From the human T2T-CHM13v2.0 reference genome, Homo sapiens, in assembly GCF_009914755.1 (NCBI RefSeq), contig NC_060928.1: a DNA stretch of 64,000 bases. One strand, 5' to 3'. Of the stretch, positions 10,815-25,038 are shown piece after piece. Positions within the stretch are counted from its first letter, which is position 1; every line of letters starts with the position of its first letter. A program made the translations under genes and the position numbers. The notes beneath the pieces were generated by a model, which saw nothing but the letters and a program-made list of their open reading frames with translations, made no database searches and was not told where the DNA came from.

Positions 10815-13170
10815 ATTTTGTCCCATATGTTGGGTATACAGTGGTATCTCGTTGTGGTTTTAATTTGTATTTTTCTAATTCTAATGATGTGAGTACCTTT
10901 TTACATCTCCACTAGTCACTTGAATCTCTACTTTTATAAAGTGCATATTAAAACTTTTTCTCTATTTTCTATTGAGTCTCTCTTTTGTTGATTTGCAGAT
11001 CATTATGTATCTTGAATATTAATCCTATTTCAATTACATTTGTTGTAAAATATCTTCCCACTTGTGATGTCTTTTCACTCTCTTTATGTGTCTCTTGAGA
11101 GAGACATTCATCATTTTAAAGTGGCCAAACTTAGTCTTTTCTTTATGGGTCTCGTTTTTAAAATAATATTTAGGAATTTCTTTCCTACTTTATGTTATAA
11201 AGTTAATTTCTCACATTGCCTTCAAGGTATAAAAATTCTAAAATTTTCATAGTTTTGGTTTAAACATTTAAGTACTTAATCTACATGGAATTGATGTTTG
11301 TGTATGACATAAGGTAGGGATTGAATAAAAGTTAAAATTACATTTTGCCTTTTGTATTTGTTTGCAGCTGGTATATGGGAACTACATCAATGTCAATAAA
11401 TTTATTTTCTATTCAGCAGCCTTGCTGATCTTTCACATTGGTTCTAATATTTGTTTGTAGATTTTCTTTGATCTTCTATGTGAAAATCACTGTCTAAAAT
11501 TTTTTTTCTTCTTGCCTGGTGCTTTATCATTTCTTTCTCTATTTATCTATTACATTGGATAAGAGCTCCAGCACAATGTTGCATGGAAGCAGTGACAATA
11601 AGAATTCTTGTGTAGCTCCTGATTTTAAAATAAAATGTTCCTAAAGATACCATTCACTGGACTACAGAAATGTCTTTCTATTCCTAATGCTAAGTTTTCT
11701 TGTTGCTGTTTATTTTAAAATTTTGAATGCATGTTGTATTTTATCGATTTCTTTTTCTAAGATGTAGTAGGCAAAATAACAGCTCTCATAGATGTCTATG
11801 TCCTAAGCCCAATAGCCTGTGAATATGTTGCCTTATATGGCAAAAGATCTTTGCAAATGTATTTAATAATTTTGTGATGGGAGGAATATCCTGGATTCTC
11901 TAGGTAAGTTAAATGTAACCATGGATCCTTGTAAGAGAAAGTCAGGAGAGTCAGAGTCAGAGAGAACAAGATTGGACCATACCACGCTGCTGGTTTTGAA
12001 GGTACAGGATGGGTCCACAGCCAAGGAATGTAGACTGCTTTTAGAAGCTGGAAAAATCAAGGAAACAAGTTTCCCCCTTAAGCCTCCAGAAGGAATGCAG
12101 CTCTGCCAACACCTTGATTTTAGCACACTGAGACTGACTTTGGACTTCTGACCTCCAGACTCTAAGATAATAAATTTGTGTTGTTTTCAGCTCGTAACTG
12201 TGTAGTGATTTCTTTACAGCAGCAATACAGGATAAACGGGCTATTGTATTATGTTTTAACCGTCTTTAGTCTGTGATTATAATAAATTACTTTATAGAAT
12301 TTTAATTCTACGTGATGGAAGTTGCACATCACATCTTCCCACTCTTTCAGTAGCACAAATAAACCATCCTTATATTCTTGATGTGACCCTTGCTTGGTTA
12401 AGATGTCTTATTTTTATTATTCAGTAGTAAATATAGTTTGAAAATATTTTTTTCAGTATTATTATAACTATCTTCATAAATGAGACTGACCTTTAATTTT
12501 TCTTCCTCATAGTATCTTATCTGTTTTGGGTATCAAGGTTCTTGGACTTATTAAAGGAAATTAAGAATATATCCTCTTTTACTATTGTATAGACATGTTT
12601 TATAAGATTGGGGTTTTTTTTTCCTTAAAACCTTCATAAAACTCATCCTTAAAAGGTTCAGAGATCAGTACCACTGTTGTGTGTAGATATTTAAATGCTT
12701 GTTCAAATTTTCAGTGCTTATAAGTCTTTTGGGTTTTGTAATTAATTTTTAATAAATTTTAGTGATTTACATTTTTCCAGAAAGGTGTTTGTCCCAGCTC
12801 TTTTTTAACCCAGTAACATAAATCTGTTTACAGTAGTCTCCTATTTTTTTCACCATTTTACTTTTACTTCACATGTAATTATGCCTACTATTTAATTACT
12901 GCTATTGTTTATTTATGACTTCTCTTAGCTTATCTTGTTCAATGTTGGACCAAGTTAATCTATTTTGTAATCATTTCCAATAATTCACTTTTGGTTTATT
13001 TAATTTTATATTGTTTGTTTGATTTCCATTTTCTTAATTTATGTTCCTATCATTATTATTTTCTTTCTTTTATACTGTTTGTGTTTACTCTATTATTGTT
13101 ATTTTTAACATTTAGTTGAATACTTAGCTTATTATTTTTCAATCTTTTTGTTTTCAAATTTGTATGGAAC
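10815..13170 (-). mobile_element. Ancient L1ME/L1MC ORF2 remnants, interrupted by an MLT1D-like LTR
   Basis: Highly T-rich degenerate antisense L1 motifs (aatctacatggaattgatgtttgtgtatg; gggtatcaaggtt). Confidence 0.6.
11763..12230 (+). mobile_element. MLT1D-like MaLR solo LTR
   Basis: tgtagtaggcaaaataac...gaatatgttgccttatatggcaaaag...gacttctgacctccaga...aataaatttgtgttgtttt. Confidence 0.8.
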
Positions 13171-13450
13171 TATTATGTTTAAGGAAGAAACCGAATGAAG
13201 TACAAACAAAGTAATTGTACCTGCCCCCTGTTGCCTGTTGAAATTTTATTAGGTTGGTTCTTTCTTGTCCTCTGAGGAAATTCTACCACAGGACTGATAA
13301 CTTTTCCACCATTTCAAATAATAAGCATCTTCTGATTTCTGTAGTCCCAAGACTAATCTGATTTCAGTAATTAAAATGGTGGGTCTCGTGTAATAGTCAA
13401 AACTCTGAAATTCATTAAAAGTTAAAGGTTATCCTCATTCAGGTTCTTCA

Positions 13451-13680
<230 letters not shown>

Positions 13681-13825
13681 GTGGCATGTGGTGAGTTTCC
13701 TCTTTATTCCTAACCCTGTCACTTCTGCCCCTCCCCACTAGCTTCGTAGCCAGAAATAATGGTAAGATGCAGGAAGGCCTTCCTCTGCTAGTAATGGTAC
13801 TCAAAGGTTACTCTTTTATTTATTA

Positions 13826-14165
13826 TATTAGTTAAGGTGCAGTCTATGGTGCTATGAAAAAGAAGACTTAAAATACGGTGAGAAGACAAAAGCTTATTGT
13901 CCCTCATAGAGATAGACAAGTGATCTAGGCTCATGAGACAGCTTGGTTCCATGAGGTTTTCCCAAGATCCAGGTTTCTTCTAATTGCTCCATACCTCAAG
14001 AGTTTTGTCCTCATTTTTATGCTCCAAGTGGTCATCACCTTGCCTGCATTCCAACTCACAGGGAAGAGGAGGAGGAAATGGAGTACATCCAAGGAAAGCA
14101 GTTTTCTTTTAAGCAAGTGATGGAAGTTGAACGTCGCATCTTCCCACTCTTTCAGTAGCACAAGC
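13826..14165. mobile_element. Old MLT1 (J/K/L-like) LTR fragment
   Basis: Degenerate MaLR motifs (gatccaggtttcttct; gcattccaactcacagggaagagg; gaagttg). Confidence 0.45.
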
Positions 14166-14244
14166 AGTTCACTCTTCTCTTTGCTTCTGAAACATTTTGC
14201 TTATCAAAAATGTATGCTTTGAACTTAGGCATCTAGATTCATTT

Positions 14245-14642
14245 AGACAAGCCCAAACTGAGGGACATTTGCAATATTTCTGGCCAATACTCTTCAAAAA
14301 TGTCATGGTGATGAAAGACAAAGGAATTATTCCAAATCAAAGCAGACTAAGGAGACATTACAACTGAATGCAATGTGTGATCCTACATTAGATTCTAGAT
14401 GACAAAAAGAACATAAGAACATCCTAAATTTAGATTCTAGATGACAAAAAGAATAATTGGTAAAATTTGAATAAAGTTTGTAGGTTAGATAGGGCTGTGT
14501 TGATGGTAATGTCCTGGTTTTATCATTATACCGTTATTATGTAAGATGTTTACATTTGGGGAATCTGGATATATACAGGATTTTTATACTATTTTTCAAT
14601 TTTTTGTGTGTCCAAAATTATTTCAAGATAAAAGGTAAAAAA
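14245..14642 (+). mobile_element. L1MC/L1ME 3'UTR end
   Basis: cccaaactgagggacatt...ctcttcaaaaatgtcatgg...caactgaatgcaatgtgtgatcct...aattatttcaagataaaag. Confidence 0.7.
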
Positions 14643-14659
14643 CAGAATTTATGTGCTTT

Positions 14660-15720
14660 TGATCTCAAATATCTAGCCCAAAACTCACTTCTGAACTAGT
14701 ATACACAGCTGCCTAATTGAGGTCTCCACTGAGACGTACCACAAGCATTTTCAAGCTTAACATTTCTAAAATTGAACTCTTGTCCTAGCTTCAAAATCTC
14801 TTCTTTCAAAAGTCTTTTCCAGATCACTAAATTCCACCACTACCCATCCAGCCACTCAAAGCAGATTTCTTGACATCATTCCCCATATCCAACTTATGAT
14901 TAAAATCTGTTGATGCTCTCTTCAAATACATATCTCAAATACATTTGATTGTTCCCATCTTCATTGGCCTTACTCTAGTCCAAGTCACTTTATCTCCTGT
15001 GTAGTATATTGTAATCATCTCCTAAGAAGTCTCCCTGCTTTGACTAAGATTTCCCTCCAGTCCATTCTCCAAACAGGAGCAGAAGTGATTCTTTTGAAAT
15101 GTAAATGAGATAATGACTGTCTTATTTTCAAAATATTTCAATAACTTCACATACCTGGAATAAAATTTAGAACTCTTAACCTGATTTAAGATGAACTAAG
15201 CATTATATAATTGTCTGCCTTCCCTACACTTCCTTCAAACACAGAATGTACATTCTGTATACTCTTAGTACTCTCTCACTCACCAGCTCCAGATCACAGT
15301 GCACATAAGGTTCTTTAAGAACTGCAATTTATTTGCTGAACCATAACCCTCTAACATTGCTATTTCTTCTCCATTGGATGCTCCTTCCACACCTAGGACC
15401 CTCTTCCTTATAGTCCTCTCTTGACTAGTTCTTTTTCATCCTTCAAATTCAGATCTCAGATGAAATATCATCTTCTTCTAGAGGTCTTCCTGGCTACCCA
15501 ACTTAAAGTGTGCCCCTACCATTATTCTCTCTCACAGAATTCTGCCACAAGAAAATTTTTAATTATACTTTTACTTGTTATTTGTTTGGTGTCTGCATTT
15601 CCAATTAGGCTAAGAGCTCAATGAGAGCAGAAATCAGGTCTGTTTTATCCACCTTATATATCAAGTACCTAACTTACGTTCAGCAAATACATGGTGAGCA
15701 ACTACATAAATAAATTAATT
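14660..15720 (+). mobile_element. L2a LINE fragment
   Basis: caagcttaacatttctaaaattgaactc; ccctccagtccattctcc; taagagctcaatgagagcagaaatc 3' end. Confidence 0.7.
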
Positions 15721-17360
15721 GAAGTACCTGTGCTGAGATGAACTATTCCCATTTACCAAGAGGATTAGGTAGTTCTGGTTCTGATTCACTGCATGAAATG
15801 TGTCTCTTGTCCTAGGGAACTGAGACAAACGCTCAATTCAGTAGCTAGTAGAAGTACGACTACATCATTTTGAGCACTAAGCTAAATTTGTTTTGTGATG
15901 GTGATCACCCCAGGTTAGAGATGAGGAATTATTTCCATACTTCAAAAGAATATAGAAGAGATGTTCTATTCAGTAAATGTAGTTGAGCACCTCCACTTAG
16001 AGGTCATTCTGTGATTTAATGTGAAGTGAGTAGCTTGACTTCATATGGTTGTTGGGCCATTCTTCTAACCACCAATTCATTCTGGAATTGTATTTTGCAA
16101 TGCATTAAAAAGTACATGCTGGACCTCTGCTTGTATGTTGAAAACATACACCAAGGGACAACCATTTTTGAGTCTCAGAACTATACTCTTGGGAAAAATC
16201 AAAATTATATAGGGAAATTGGCACTTCCTATATTCGGGTCAGAATGTTCTAGATATGGGGTTGCAATAAAAATGTTCTTTTATAACTTACTGAACTTTGG
16301 AAAATGGGATGCATGAGAGATCTGAGTTCAGAATAATTTGCCTTTGAAGGTCTTCTTGGGAATATATTAGTTCCAGAAGCAAAATAAAAAGAAATGAGAG
16401 GGGAGATTTTATTTTAAGGATTTTAATTTCACTGTAGAAACTTGATAATTGAAACAGAATGGAAACAGAAAGTGTTTGGATTTCAAGCTTTCATATTACT
16501 GCATTGTATTAATAGGATTACTGGCATCTGTACATAATTCTCTCTAATTAGCTGAGTTACATAGTCTAAAATGGATTATAAAATAGGGGGTGAAGTTTTC
16601 CAGAATGTAACCTAAGAATTAGCATAAGCAATATAATCTGGACTCATTTCAGAATCTCCTCTGATTATTTCTTAATCTTTTTCCCATAAGAGACATCCTC
16701 AACTTTAGATTTGCCTTTGAAACCCAATGAATTAACAGGATAAGTAGCAAAGTCAAAGAAAATAGGCATTAGGAGAGGGAAAACCACCTCTACTGATTGG
16801 GACTTTTTTACCTGCAAGAAACAACTCTCAACACAAAAAAGGTTAAACAAAAGGGAGATTAATTAGTAACACACTTCCATAATCATAGACTCAAAGAGGA
16901 AGCAAAGAAGCTTTGAAGACCTCAAGGAGTAACTCCCCAGGATCATCTCTCATCAGTCTTAGTTTCCCCAAGTAGTGAGAGACATAGAACCAGCAGCTCT
17001 AAATCATACTCCTTCAGCTTTTTGCAGTAAAGAAAGAAAGAGAAAATTTCCCCCAGAGAGCTACTTAGGAAACAAATCTCAGGGAAGTATTCTGGTTGGC
17101 TACTGAGCCAATCACAGTGTCCAGGGGAACATGATAATCTAATTGGATAGAACTGGATCATGTGCACAGCCCTGAGACAAGTAGCTAGAGGAGTACTATG
17201 ATTGGAAACTCTACCAGAATATCACAATATGAATTAAAAAATAGAACCCACACTTCCCCCACCAAAGGCTAAGAGGACATTTTTGTTACAAGAAGACAAG
17301 AGAAGCTGAGTAGCCAAAACCACAGATATTCCTCTCACTTTCCTTCCATCTACATTCAGG

Positions 17361-17441
17361 AGGGAAAGGAAGAGAAAGGGAGGGGAGGGGAAGGGAGGGG
17401 AGTGGAACGGAGGGGAGGGGAGGGGAGGGGAAGGGATGGGA
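17361..17441 (+). repeat. (GGGGA/GGGAA)n polypurine pentamer repeat
   Basis: agggaggggaggggaagggagggg... seen directly. Confidence 0.9.
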
Positions 17442-17644
17442 GTTTTAATGTCAAAATGACTTAATCAAAACTTTTCCTCACTTTATTTGTGATAGAAAGT
17501 GAATACCTTTTTCTCCCTTTATTTAGAGAGACATACATATATATCAACATTTGAAATGGGGATTTCTATACAGGGGATTTGTAAGAGTTATGTGCATCCA
17601 GTTTTCAATGCATCTTATTATTTTTTTTTTTTTTTTAGAGAAAG

Positions 17645-18155
17645 GTATGGTGGGCAAAATAATGGCCCCAAAGATGTCTACATTCTCATCCTCAGAACAC
17701 ATGAATATGTTGCCTTACATGGCAAAGCAAAGGGGACTTTTAAAATGTGATTAAGCTTACAGACACTGAGAGGAAAAGACTGCCTGTATTATCCAAGTAA
17801 GCCCAATCTAATCACATGAATAATTAAAAATGGAAAACCTCTCCTGGCTTTGGTTAAAGAGAGACTTGGTGAGGGTTAAAAAGTCATGGAGATGCAAAGT
17901 TGCTGACTTTGAAGATGGAAGAAGGACACCAGGAGTCAGATGGTACAGATGACCTCTAGAAGCAGGAAAGGCAAGGAAGCAGATTCCTCCCTAGAGCCTT
18001 CAGAAAGTAACTGAGCCTGTTGATACCTTAACTTTAGCCCAGTGAGACTGGTTGTCAGACTTCTGGCCTACAGAGCTTTAAGATAATAAACGTGTGTTGC
18101 TTCATAACACTACATGTGTGGTAATTTGCTATTGCAGCAACAGACAACTAACAAA
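17645..18155 (+). mobile_element. MLT1D-like solo LTR
   Basis: tatggtgggcaaaataatggccccaaagatgtc...gaatatgttgccttacatggcaaa...gcagcaacagacaactaaca. Confidence 0.85.
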
Positions 18156-19329
18156 AGGCAATAGGAAACTATTTACAAAACTTTGATTAAGAACAATAGA
18201 CCATACACAGAGTCTGTTAATATTTGCTTCCAATGACAAGAAAAAATTGTAAAATAGCTCTTCTATGGGGGTTGCAAGTTCTATTGGGAGGATTTTCCAA
18301 TGAATTAGTAAGATGTGAGGACATAAATTATACCATATTCACACAGGTGATGTCATCCCTTGTATCAAAAGGTTAGTGTACAGTGTAGTTTGGTTTTTTC
18401 TCCCCTGACTTTTTCTTCTAGCTAGCCTAAATTATGGAAAGATTTCAATTGGCTTTAGGAGATTTGGGCCATTGAGTGATATGTTTCTGCTTCTCATATA
18501 ACAAACTGTGGGGCCAGAAACCATGTAGAAATGACCCTGACCTGAGAGACAGAAGCTAAGCAGGGGTGAGAAAGCACTGGGTGAGTCTGAATCTACATTA
18601 TAGAACAGAACTGTAGAAATAAGACATTCTGTCTGGCAGATATCAATGATGCCAGTGGTAATGCTCAAGATCTTTATAGGCAAGAATAATTGAAATGGCA
18701 TGTATCTTCAAGAGAAGAATTCCCACTATAAAAAGAACTCAGCTGGTATTGTGGTGGGAAAATTGAAATCCTGAAAATTGGTGTCACTTCCCTCTTTGTT
18801 CAAATGCCCAATAAATACAAGAGTTCTAAATGTAGTCAAATAATGGATAAACTAAAGAGAACCTAAGCAAACCATGTGTAAATTACATAAGCCATTCTGC
18901 AACAACTGGCCTTAATGTCATCAGATACAAACTCCTTGAAGGCAGAGACTTTGTTTCCTACTTTATACTCAGTGTCTGGCAGTAGATAGTTAATATGAGC
19001 ATGGTGAATACATGAAAAGCATTACAGTTGCATCATGACTTCAGATGCCAGGATGTCCTGTTTGGCTTGGAGCCATCCTAAGAGGACATAATCCTAAATT
19101 TCCTCAGCTAAAGAACAGCCAATTCCAGAGCAGTTCTTTCTTTTGCTTGATAGTGCATGCCAGTCACTTAAAATGAGCAGCAACTCCTGCAGCTGTTATA
19201 AAGACACACACCAATGACTGCTTATCTCCAGGAGAAGCCTGGACATTAGATGTCTAATGTCAGCTGCTTAAATAACAAGCTGATGATATTGGATGAATCT
19301 TTTAGTGCCACACAGCTCTGTCTCCTTCT

Positions 19330-19710
19330 TCCCAAACTGAGAGAGCAATAACCTCTTTCCCCCTCAGGCCTTTGTACCGACTGTTCTCTCTGTTTGGAAT
19401 GCCCTCCCCTAGAATTTGCCAACCTGGCTCCTCCTTACCATTCTTGGCTTAGCTGGAATGCCACCTACTGAAAGAGGCAATCCCATCTGGAGTAGCTCCT
19501 CAGTCACTGTTTATCATCTCATCTCGTTTTATCACCAGCTTACATTCTCTTGCTTCTTTGATTTTGCTTTTGCTTTTGCTTTTATTTTTGTTTATTATGT
19601 CTTCCCACTAAAATTTAGCTCTTTTCCTCCTTCTTCACCTCTATATACCCAGCTGCTAGAACACAGTATATGTTCACAGTATATGTTTAATAAATATTAA
19701 TGAATAAAAT
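19330..19710 (+). mobile_element. L2 3' fragment
   Basis: cctcaggcctttgtac...ctgttctctctgtttggaatgccctcccc...aataaatattaatgaat. Confidence 0.6.
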
Positions 19711-20059
19711 ATGTCAAAGGTAAGTTCATGGGACCCATTCAATAGACAATGTTACAATACCTGAGAAAGGCTTAGGACTGCAGTTCCAGTAGACAAACAG
19801 AGGACAGGAGACTAACTAGTTAGTCCTTTCCCCCTTCCTCCCCACATCCCCTACCTGCACTCTGTAATCCCTTACAGGAGCACCATACATACCATCTGAC
19901 ATTCTCTGGAATGCTGAAGAGTTTCACCACAGACCTAGAGGCTCTCCAGGAAAGAAACAATGCGTTATTCAGTTCCATGTCTCAAACCCCTGGCATGTGA
20001 CAGTCACCAGCAGGGCACTCATTAAATGTTTGGTTGAAGGAATGAAATTGTTGAGACCT

Positions 20060-20215
20060 ATAGTCAACAAAACTGAGCTTAAGTACCATCTTTGCTATAT
20101 AATAGATGACTTGGGCAAATCTTACACTCTCTGAGCCTCAGTTTCCTCATTTGGTTAATAAATATCAAATGAGATAACAATTTAGAATCTCCTAATATAG
20201 GGTCAGTTTTCAAAA
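20060..20215 (+). mobile_element. MIR
   Basis: gacttgggcaaatc...ctctgagcctcagtttcctcatt core. Confidence 0.7.
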
Positions 20216-22475
20216 CACATTGGTTTAGGAAAAAGGGCTATTCACTTTGGTGAAGCTTACTCTTTTGAATGAAAAAAAAAAGTGACAAACAACATTTTGA
20301 AGACTAAGAACAAGAAATATAATTTATTATCCCATAAATAGCAAGACACATATTTCAGTTTCCTACTAAGGAAAATATGGTAAGAGCAATAAAGATAAAA
20401 CCTTGTTGTTTTTCAAAGCTGGAGGAGGAAATGATAATTAAATAACACTGTGATTTTTCTTTTAATGCAATTTTTAAATGCATAAGGAAATGGCTAAAGG
20501 TTGCTAGGATCTGTCACCAAAAGTATTTTAATTCCTCCTTAAGGTTCAGAAACGTATATGAAGTCTCCCCCATTTTTTTCCTAAAAACGGTTAATGTCAT
20601 GATTCAGGAATATTTCACAAACTTTCACAGAGTAATGAGCCCATCTTGTGGCCTTTTATAATATTGCCACTTTCAAAGTGAAATATTACTTGTTAACCAT
20701 AGGTTTAAATGGTGTCTTTTATTCAACAAATATAACTTTTGAGCACTTACTGCATGCCAGGTATTATGCTGCTGAATGCTGGAGATACAATGATGGGAAA
20801 TGAAAAAAAAAAAAAAAAAAAAAGACAAGGTCCCTGCTCTAAAATCATATAAATTTAAAGGTGACAGACTTTTGGGCAGAGACATTATAGTAAAAGAATA
20901 GTTAAGTGCAATTGTACAAGGGTATAAACTTCAGTTACTACACAAGAGTTAAGTGTTCCCAGAACTCAGAATGAAACTGCTATATCCCCACTTCCAGGAA
21001 TAACTCTGATCACTAAAGAAATCCTCTCTCCTTAGAGCCTGGGTTAAATATTAATTTCTAGTCTTCCACTTTATGAGAAAGTGTTACATATTTTCTTAAC
21101 CTACTGAACCCACAGAAACCTGAGTACACCTAGTTCTCATCTAAATCTCTAATTCTCAGAGCACATCAAGGATAAAAATATTTTCAATAGCTTCTTATGT
21201 GTGTTCCCTATTGGTAAACAGGTTTTCTATTTCCTTAGGCCCACTCAAATCATAGCTTTAAGAAAATGGAAAGGCAAAAGTCTTTTAAGGAAGTGAAGGA
21301 TATAAAATAGAAATTTTCATCATGCAGGAAAAGAAAGAGAAAGCCCATTCTTTCCAACCTCATGGTTTTTGGGGGGGAAATAGGGATAGAAGTCAGGAAT
21401 ATTAGCAATCAGATCTGTGCCCCAACCTCCTGGCTTCAAGGTTTTGTGGGATAAGTAGGTTGTAACAAGTGGGGAAGAGCATTCCCTATCTGAAGGTATT
21501 AGAGGACATCATTCTGCAGAGTGGCCTCTGACAAACAAGTGGCCACATCTAGTATAAGGAAGACAGTGGAGAGGTATGGTCAGCCACAGAGATAGAGGGC
21601 TGCTCCTCTATTCCTGTGTGACAGAGATACTGGGATGAGAACCCATGGGCCAATTGTGGGATCTGCCATAGCAGGGGCAAAGCTATTGCTGCTGTTGCAG
21701 GGTGAACATTCTTGGCCAATGGCAAATGGAGGGTGTGAAAAAGACTCAAAAGTGTCTCAGAACTATCAAGAGCTAAAGAGAGGCCAAGTTATCAGGAAGG
21801 GAAAATCTGAATCACATCTTGTCCAAGCTGAGAAAGAGGAATGCATAAGTTTACCCGGCAGAGAGGTCAGCAGTGGACCATAGTAGAAAGCAAGAATTAG
21901 AACAGATCAAACATCCTTCAGTAGACAGCAGATAATCTACACCTAAGGATGCCATGTAGGTTACAACCATATACCCCGATGCCTACATTTCTCTATCTCT
22001 TATGTATAGACTACCACCTTCACTTGCTTTTACAACTCATGCCTCACATACCTTATTCAGCAAAAGAAAGGTTCTTCCTAAGAATCCATTCTTCTTAAAA
22101 GGCATAAAAGAAGGAAAAAAGCTAATTATTTTTAAAATATATCCTCTAACAATGTTTATATGATCATGAGATTGAAAGTGTGAAAGTAGGGTTTCATGGC
22201 AAAAGCAAATTTTAAAATAATATTGAAGGCAATGAAGAGAGAACAGATTTTAAGCTTGACATAAGTTCTTTGGAAAGATCTCTGTGGTAGAAGTATGCAA
22301 GGTGAGCCAAAATTTTCTTCCCCTTCTTTCCCTCTTTATTCATTTAATTTCTTCAACAGATATTTTGGAGAACCTACTTTATACCAGATGCTTAGCAGAT
22401 AATTAGCACAAATATGACTTAAGAGAGAAGGGAATCTTTTCTTCCTCCAAAGTTTTCAGATCTGGAGATTAGATG

Positions 22476-22793
22476 ATTTTTTGTTTTTGTTTTTGTTTTT
22501 TGTTTTTTTGACACACGGTCTCATTCTGTTTCCCAGGCTGGAGTGAAGTGGCAAGATCACCGCTCACTGTAGCCTCAACCTCTCAAGGTTCAGGTGATCT
22601 TCCTGCCTCAACCCACTGAGTAACTGGGACTACAGGCACATGCCATCACACCTGGGTAGTTTTTGTACTTTTAATACAGACAGGGTTTTGCCGTGTTGCC
22701 CAGGCTGGTCTCGAACTTCTGTACTCAAGAAATCCACCTCTCTTGGCCTCCCAAAGTGTTGAGATTACTGGCGTTAGCCTCCCTGCCCAGCCT
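22476..22793 (-). mobile_element. AluJ
   Basis: (TTTTTG)n tail, then ggtctcattctgtttcccaggctggagtg...gctcactgtagcctcaacct...cccagcc. Confidence 0.9.
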
Positions 22794-23638
22794 AAATGAA
22801 TTCTTTAGCAATCCATTCAACAAATATGTGTTGAGTGTTGACTACGTACCACACACTGTGCTAGGCACTAGACAGGAACAGTTGTACCAGAAATTAATAT
22901 AAGAAATGAAATATGTTGCAGAAAGTTTAGATCAAGTAATCTGTCATATTCTGGAGCCATGTAGATGAACCAAGAACATAAGAAGAACATAAGGATTTTG
23001 TTAGTTCCTTCAGATCACTCAATCATAAGGTTGCTCTCCTGAAATTAAAGAATGACTATCAATTCCTCAGTTAAGAGACTGTATGTTGGGGGTCAACCTG
23101 ACAATTTTCTTTATAAATTTCTTTTAAATAAATAAAAATTCAGTTTCTTTCCTGTTCTTCTATTCCTCAATCGTTCAATTTATTCACTAAATATGTATTA
23201 ATTGCTACTATGTGCCAGTAAACTCTAGTTGATGCTTGAGATACAATTATAAACAAGACCTTTTGTCAGTTCCTACAGCATGTTTTTTCCATCAATCTTC
23301 CCTCTCTAAAAGACTCTGGAATTCTAGACTTCTATCCCTGTATCAAGCCCATTCACCTGATCACCTGCCTCAACCATTGCTGTCAACCTCCAAGGTATCA
23401 TGTTTCTCCAGCATCATGACAAACTCAGGGCTTCTCTAAGAGGCTTCCCTGAGTTATGGAAAGGAAAGCAAGGATGGAAAACTCTTTTGCTGTTCTCTCC
23501 CTCATGTTTCAGGATCCTCTACCTGATCCAAGGAGGGCTTTTGTCTTCTCCCTGTATAACTTTCCTTCACCCTCCCTGCCCTAGAGGTTAGAGTAAAATT
23601 TTATCTTAGTCCCCCAAGCTTTGAGTATTGATTATTAA

Positions 23639-23878
23639 CCCATTTCCCATTTGCCCTGAGAGTACTTATCTCCAATCCTAATGTAACATCATATACTTTT
23701 CTGTTACATTAGGATTAGAGACAAGTGCTGTTTAGAAATAACTCCATGAACAGTTTTCGTATTTTATTTTCACATTAAAAATCAGTCAGATTTGCTTCGG
23801 CCTCAAAAAGCATGTTTATGTATAATTAAATGAGCCCTGGAAGTGAGCTGCACCTTTTATTTCTAAATGGGAAATGGG
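23639..23878. mobile_element. MER75B-like piggyBac non-autonomous DNA transposon
   Basis: TTAA TSDs at 23635-38 and 23879-82; terminal inverted repeats cccatttcccattt / aaatgggaaatggg; 240 bp; internal palindrome aatcctaatgtaac...gttacattaggatt. Confidence 0.9.
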
Positions 23879-24254
23879 TTAAAGGGAAGCTTTTGGAATT
23901 CAGGAACCCCTTTTCTCCTTGGGGTGACTACCTCTTGCAACTGAAAGCTTGGCCTTCAAGATTACTGTCATACTATGAACTATTAAATTCAAAACTTATC
24001 AGTGATCTCATTATTCTAGTCTGTCTTTGCCTTCTTCCTAAATCAATGAATGGGAGAAGAACACTAAGATGACAAGAATGATTTCAGTAAAGAGGAATAG
24101 AGAACCCCAGTTTAAAAATCTCCAAAAAGGATTGTTCTGCTTATATTTGAGTAATTACTTAGAAAATGTCAATTTCTCTCACCATGCTGCAAATGTCTTT
24201 ACAACAGGGACTATATCTGTTTCCCTCCCAGTGTGTTCCCAGTTAATGAAGACA

Positions 24255-24830
24255 TGGTCCTTGCCCTGGCAGTGTTAGACTGCTCAGACAGACAATTAAA
24301 CAAACAATTACAATGCAATGTGTTTTGTTCTAAAACAAGAAACTGTAAAGCACCTTAGAAGAACATTTGAGGGTGACAACCCAGACTTGAGCACCAGAGA
24401 AGGATCCCTGGAGGAATTAATAGATAAACTGGGACCTGAAGGGTAAAGAGAAGTTAGTCAAATAAAGGCCATTTGTGAAGAACTCTCTATAAATTATGCT
24501 CCAGAGTTTGGATTTTTTTTTCTAAAGGCAATAAAAAGCCATTGAAGGATATAAATAGGGGATTGGGACCTTTTAAAAGGTCACACTGTAGGATAGAAAT
24601 TGAATATAGAAGAATGTGTGGAGGTGGGAAAGGCTGTTAGGAAATGTTGGTTGAATTCCAAGCAAGTCTGGAATTCCAGGGGGCCTGGCCCAGGATGATG
24701 ACAGTAAGAACAGAGAGAGGTACATGAGTTGCTGATAAAGTAAGGAAGGAGCAAGAGGAATTTAGGACATTAGCTAGATTTCTGGCTTAGGCAATTGGGT
24801 GATGACACTGACCAGTATGAAAAAGAGGTA
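24255..24830 (-). mobile_element. L2 fragment
   Basis: acatggtccttgccct; aagccattgaaggatataaatagggg; gatttctggcttaggcaattgggtg. Confidence 0.6.
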
Positions 24831-25038
24831 TAGAAACAGTTTTGTGAGCAATTTCCAAATGCATTTAGAACAGTTATACATAGTGGCTCCAGGTTCATTT
24901 ATTCATCAATAAATACTTTGATTGTGAAAAAGGTCATTTTCACAAATTCCTCCTTACTAGCAATAATCACTTTACCTTTCCAAGATTTGGAGAGCATTAG
25001 GGACTATTGTTTCAGCACCTACCCTTTAATCTCACTTC

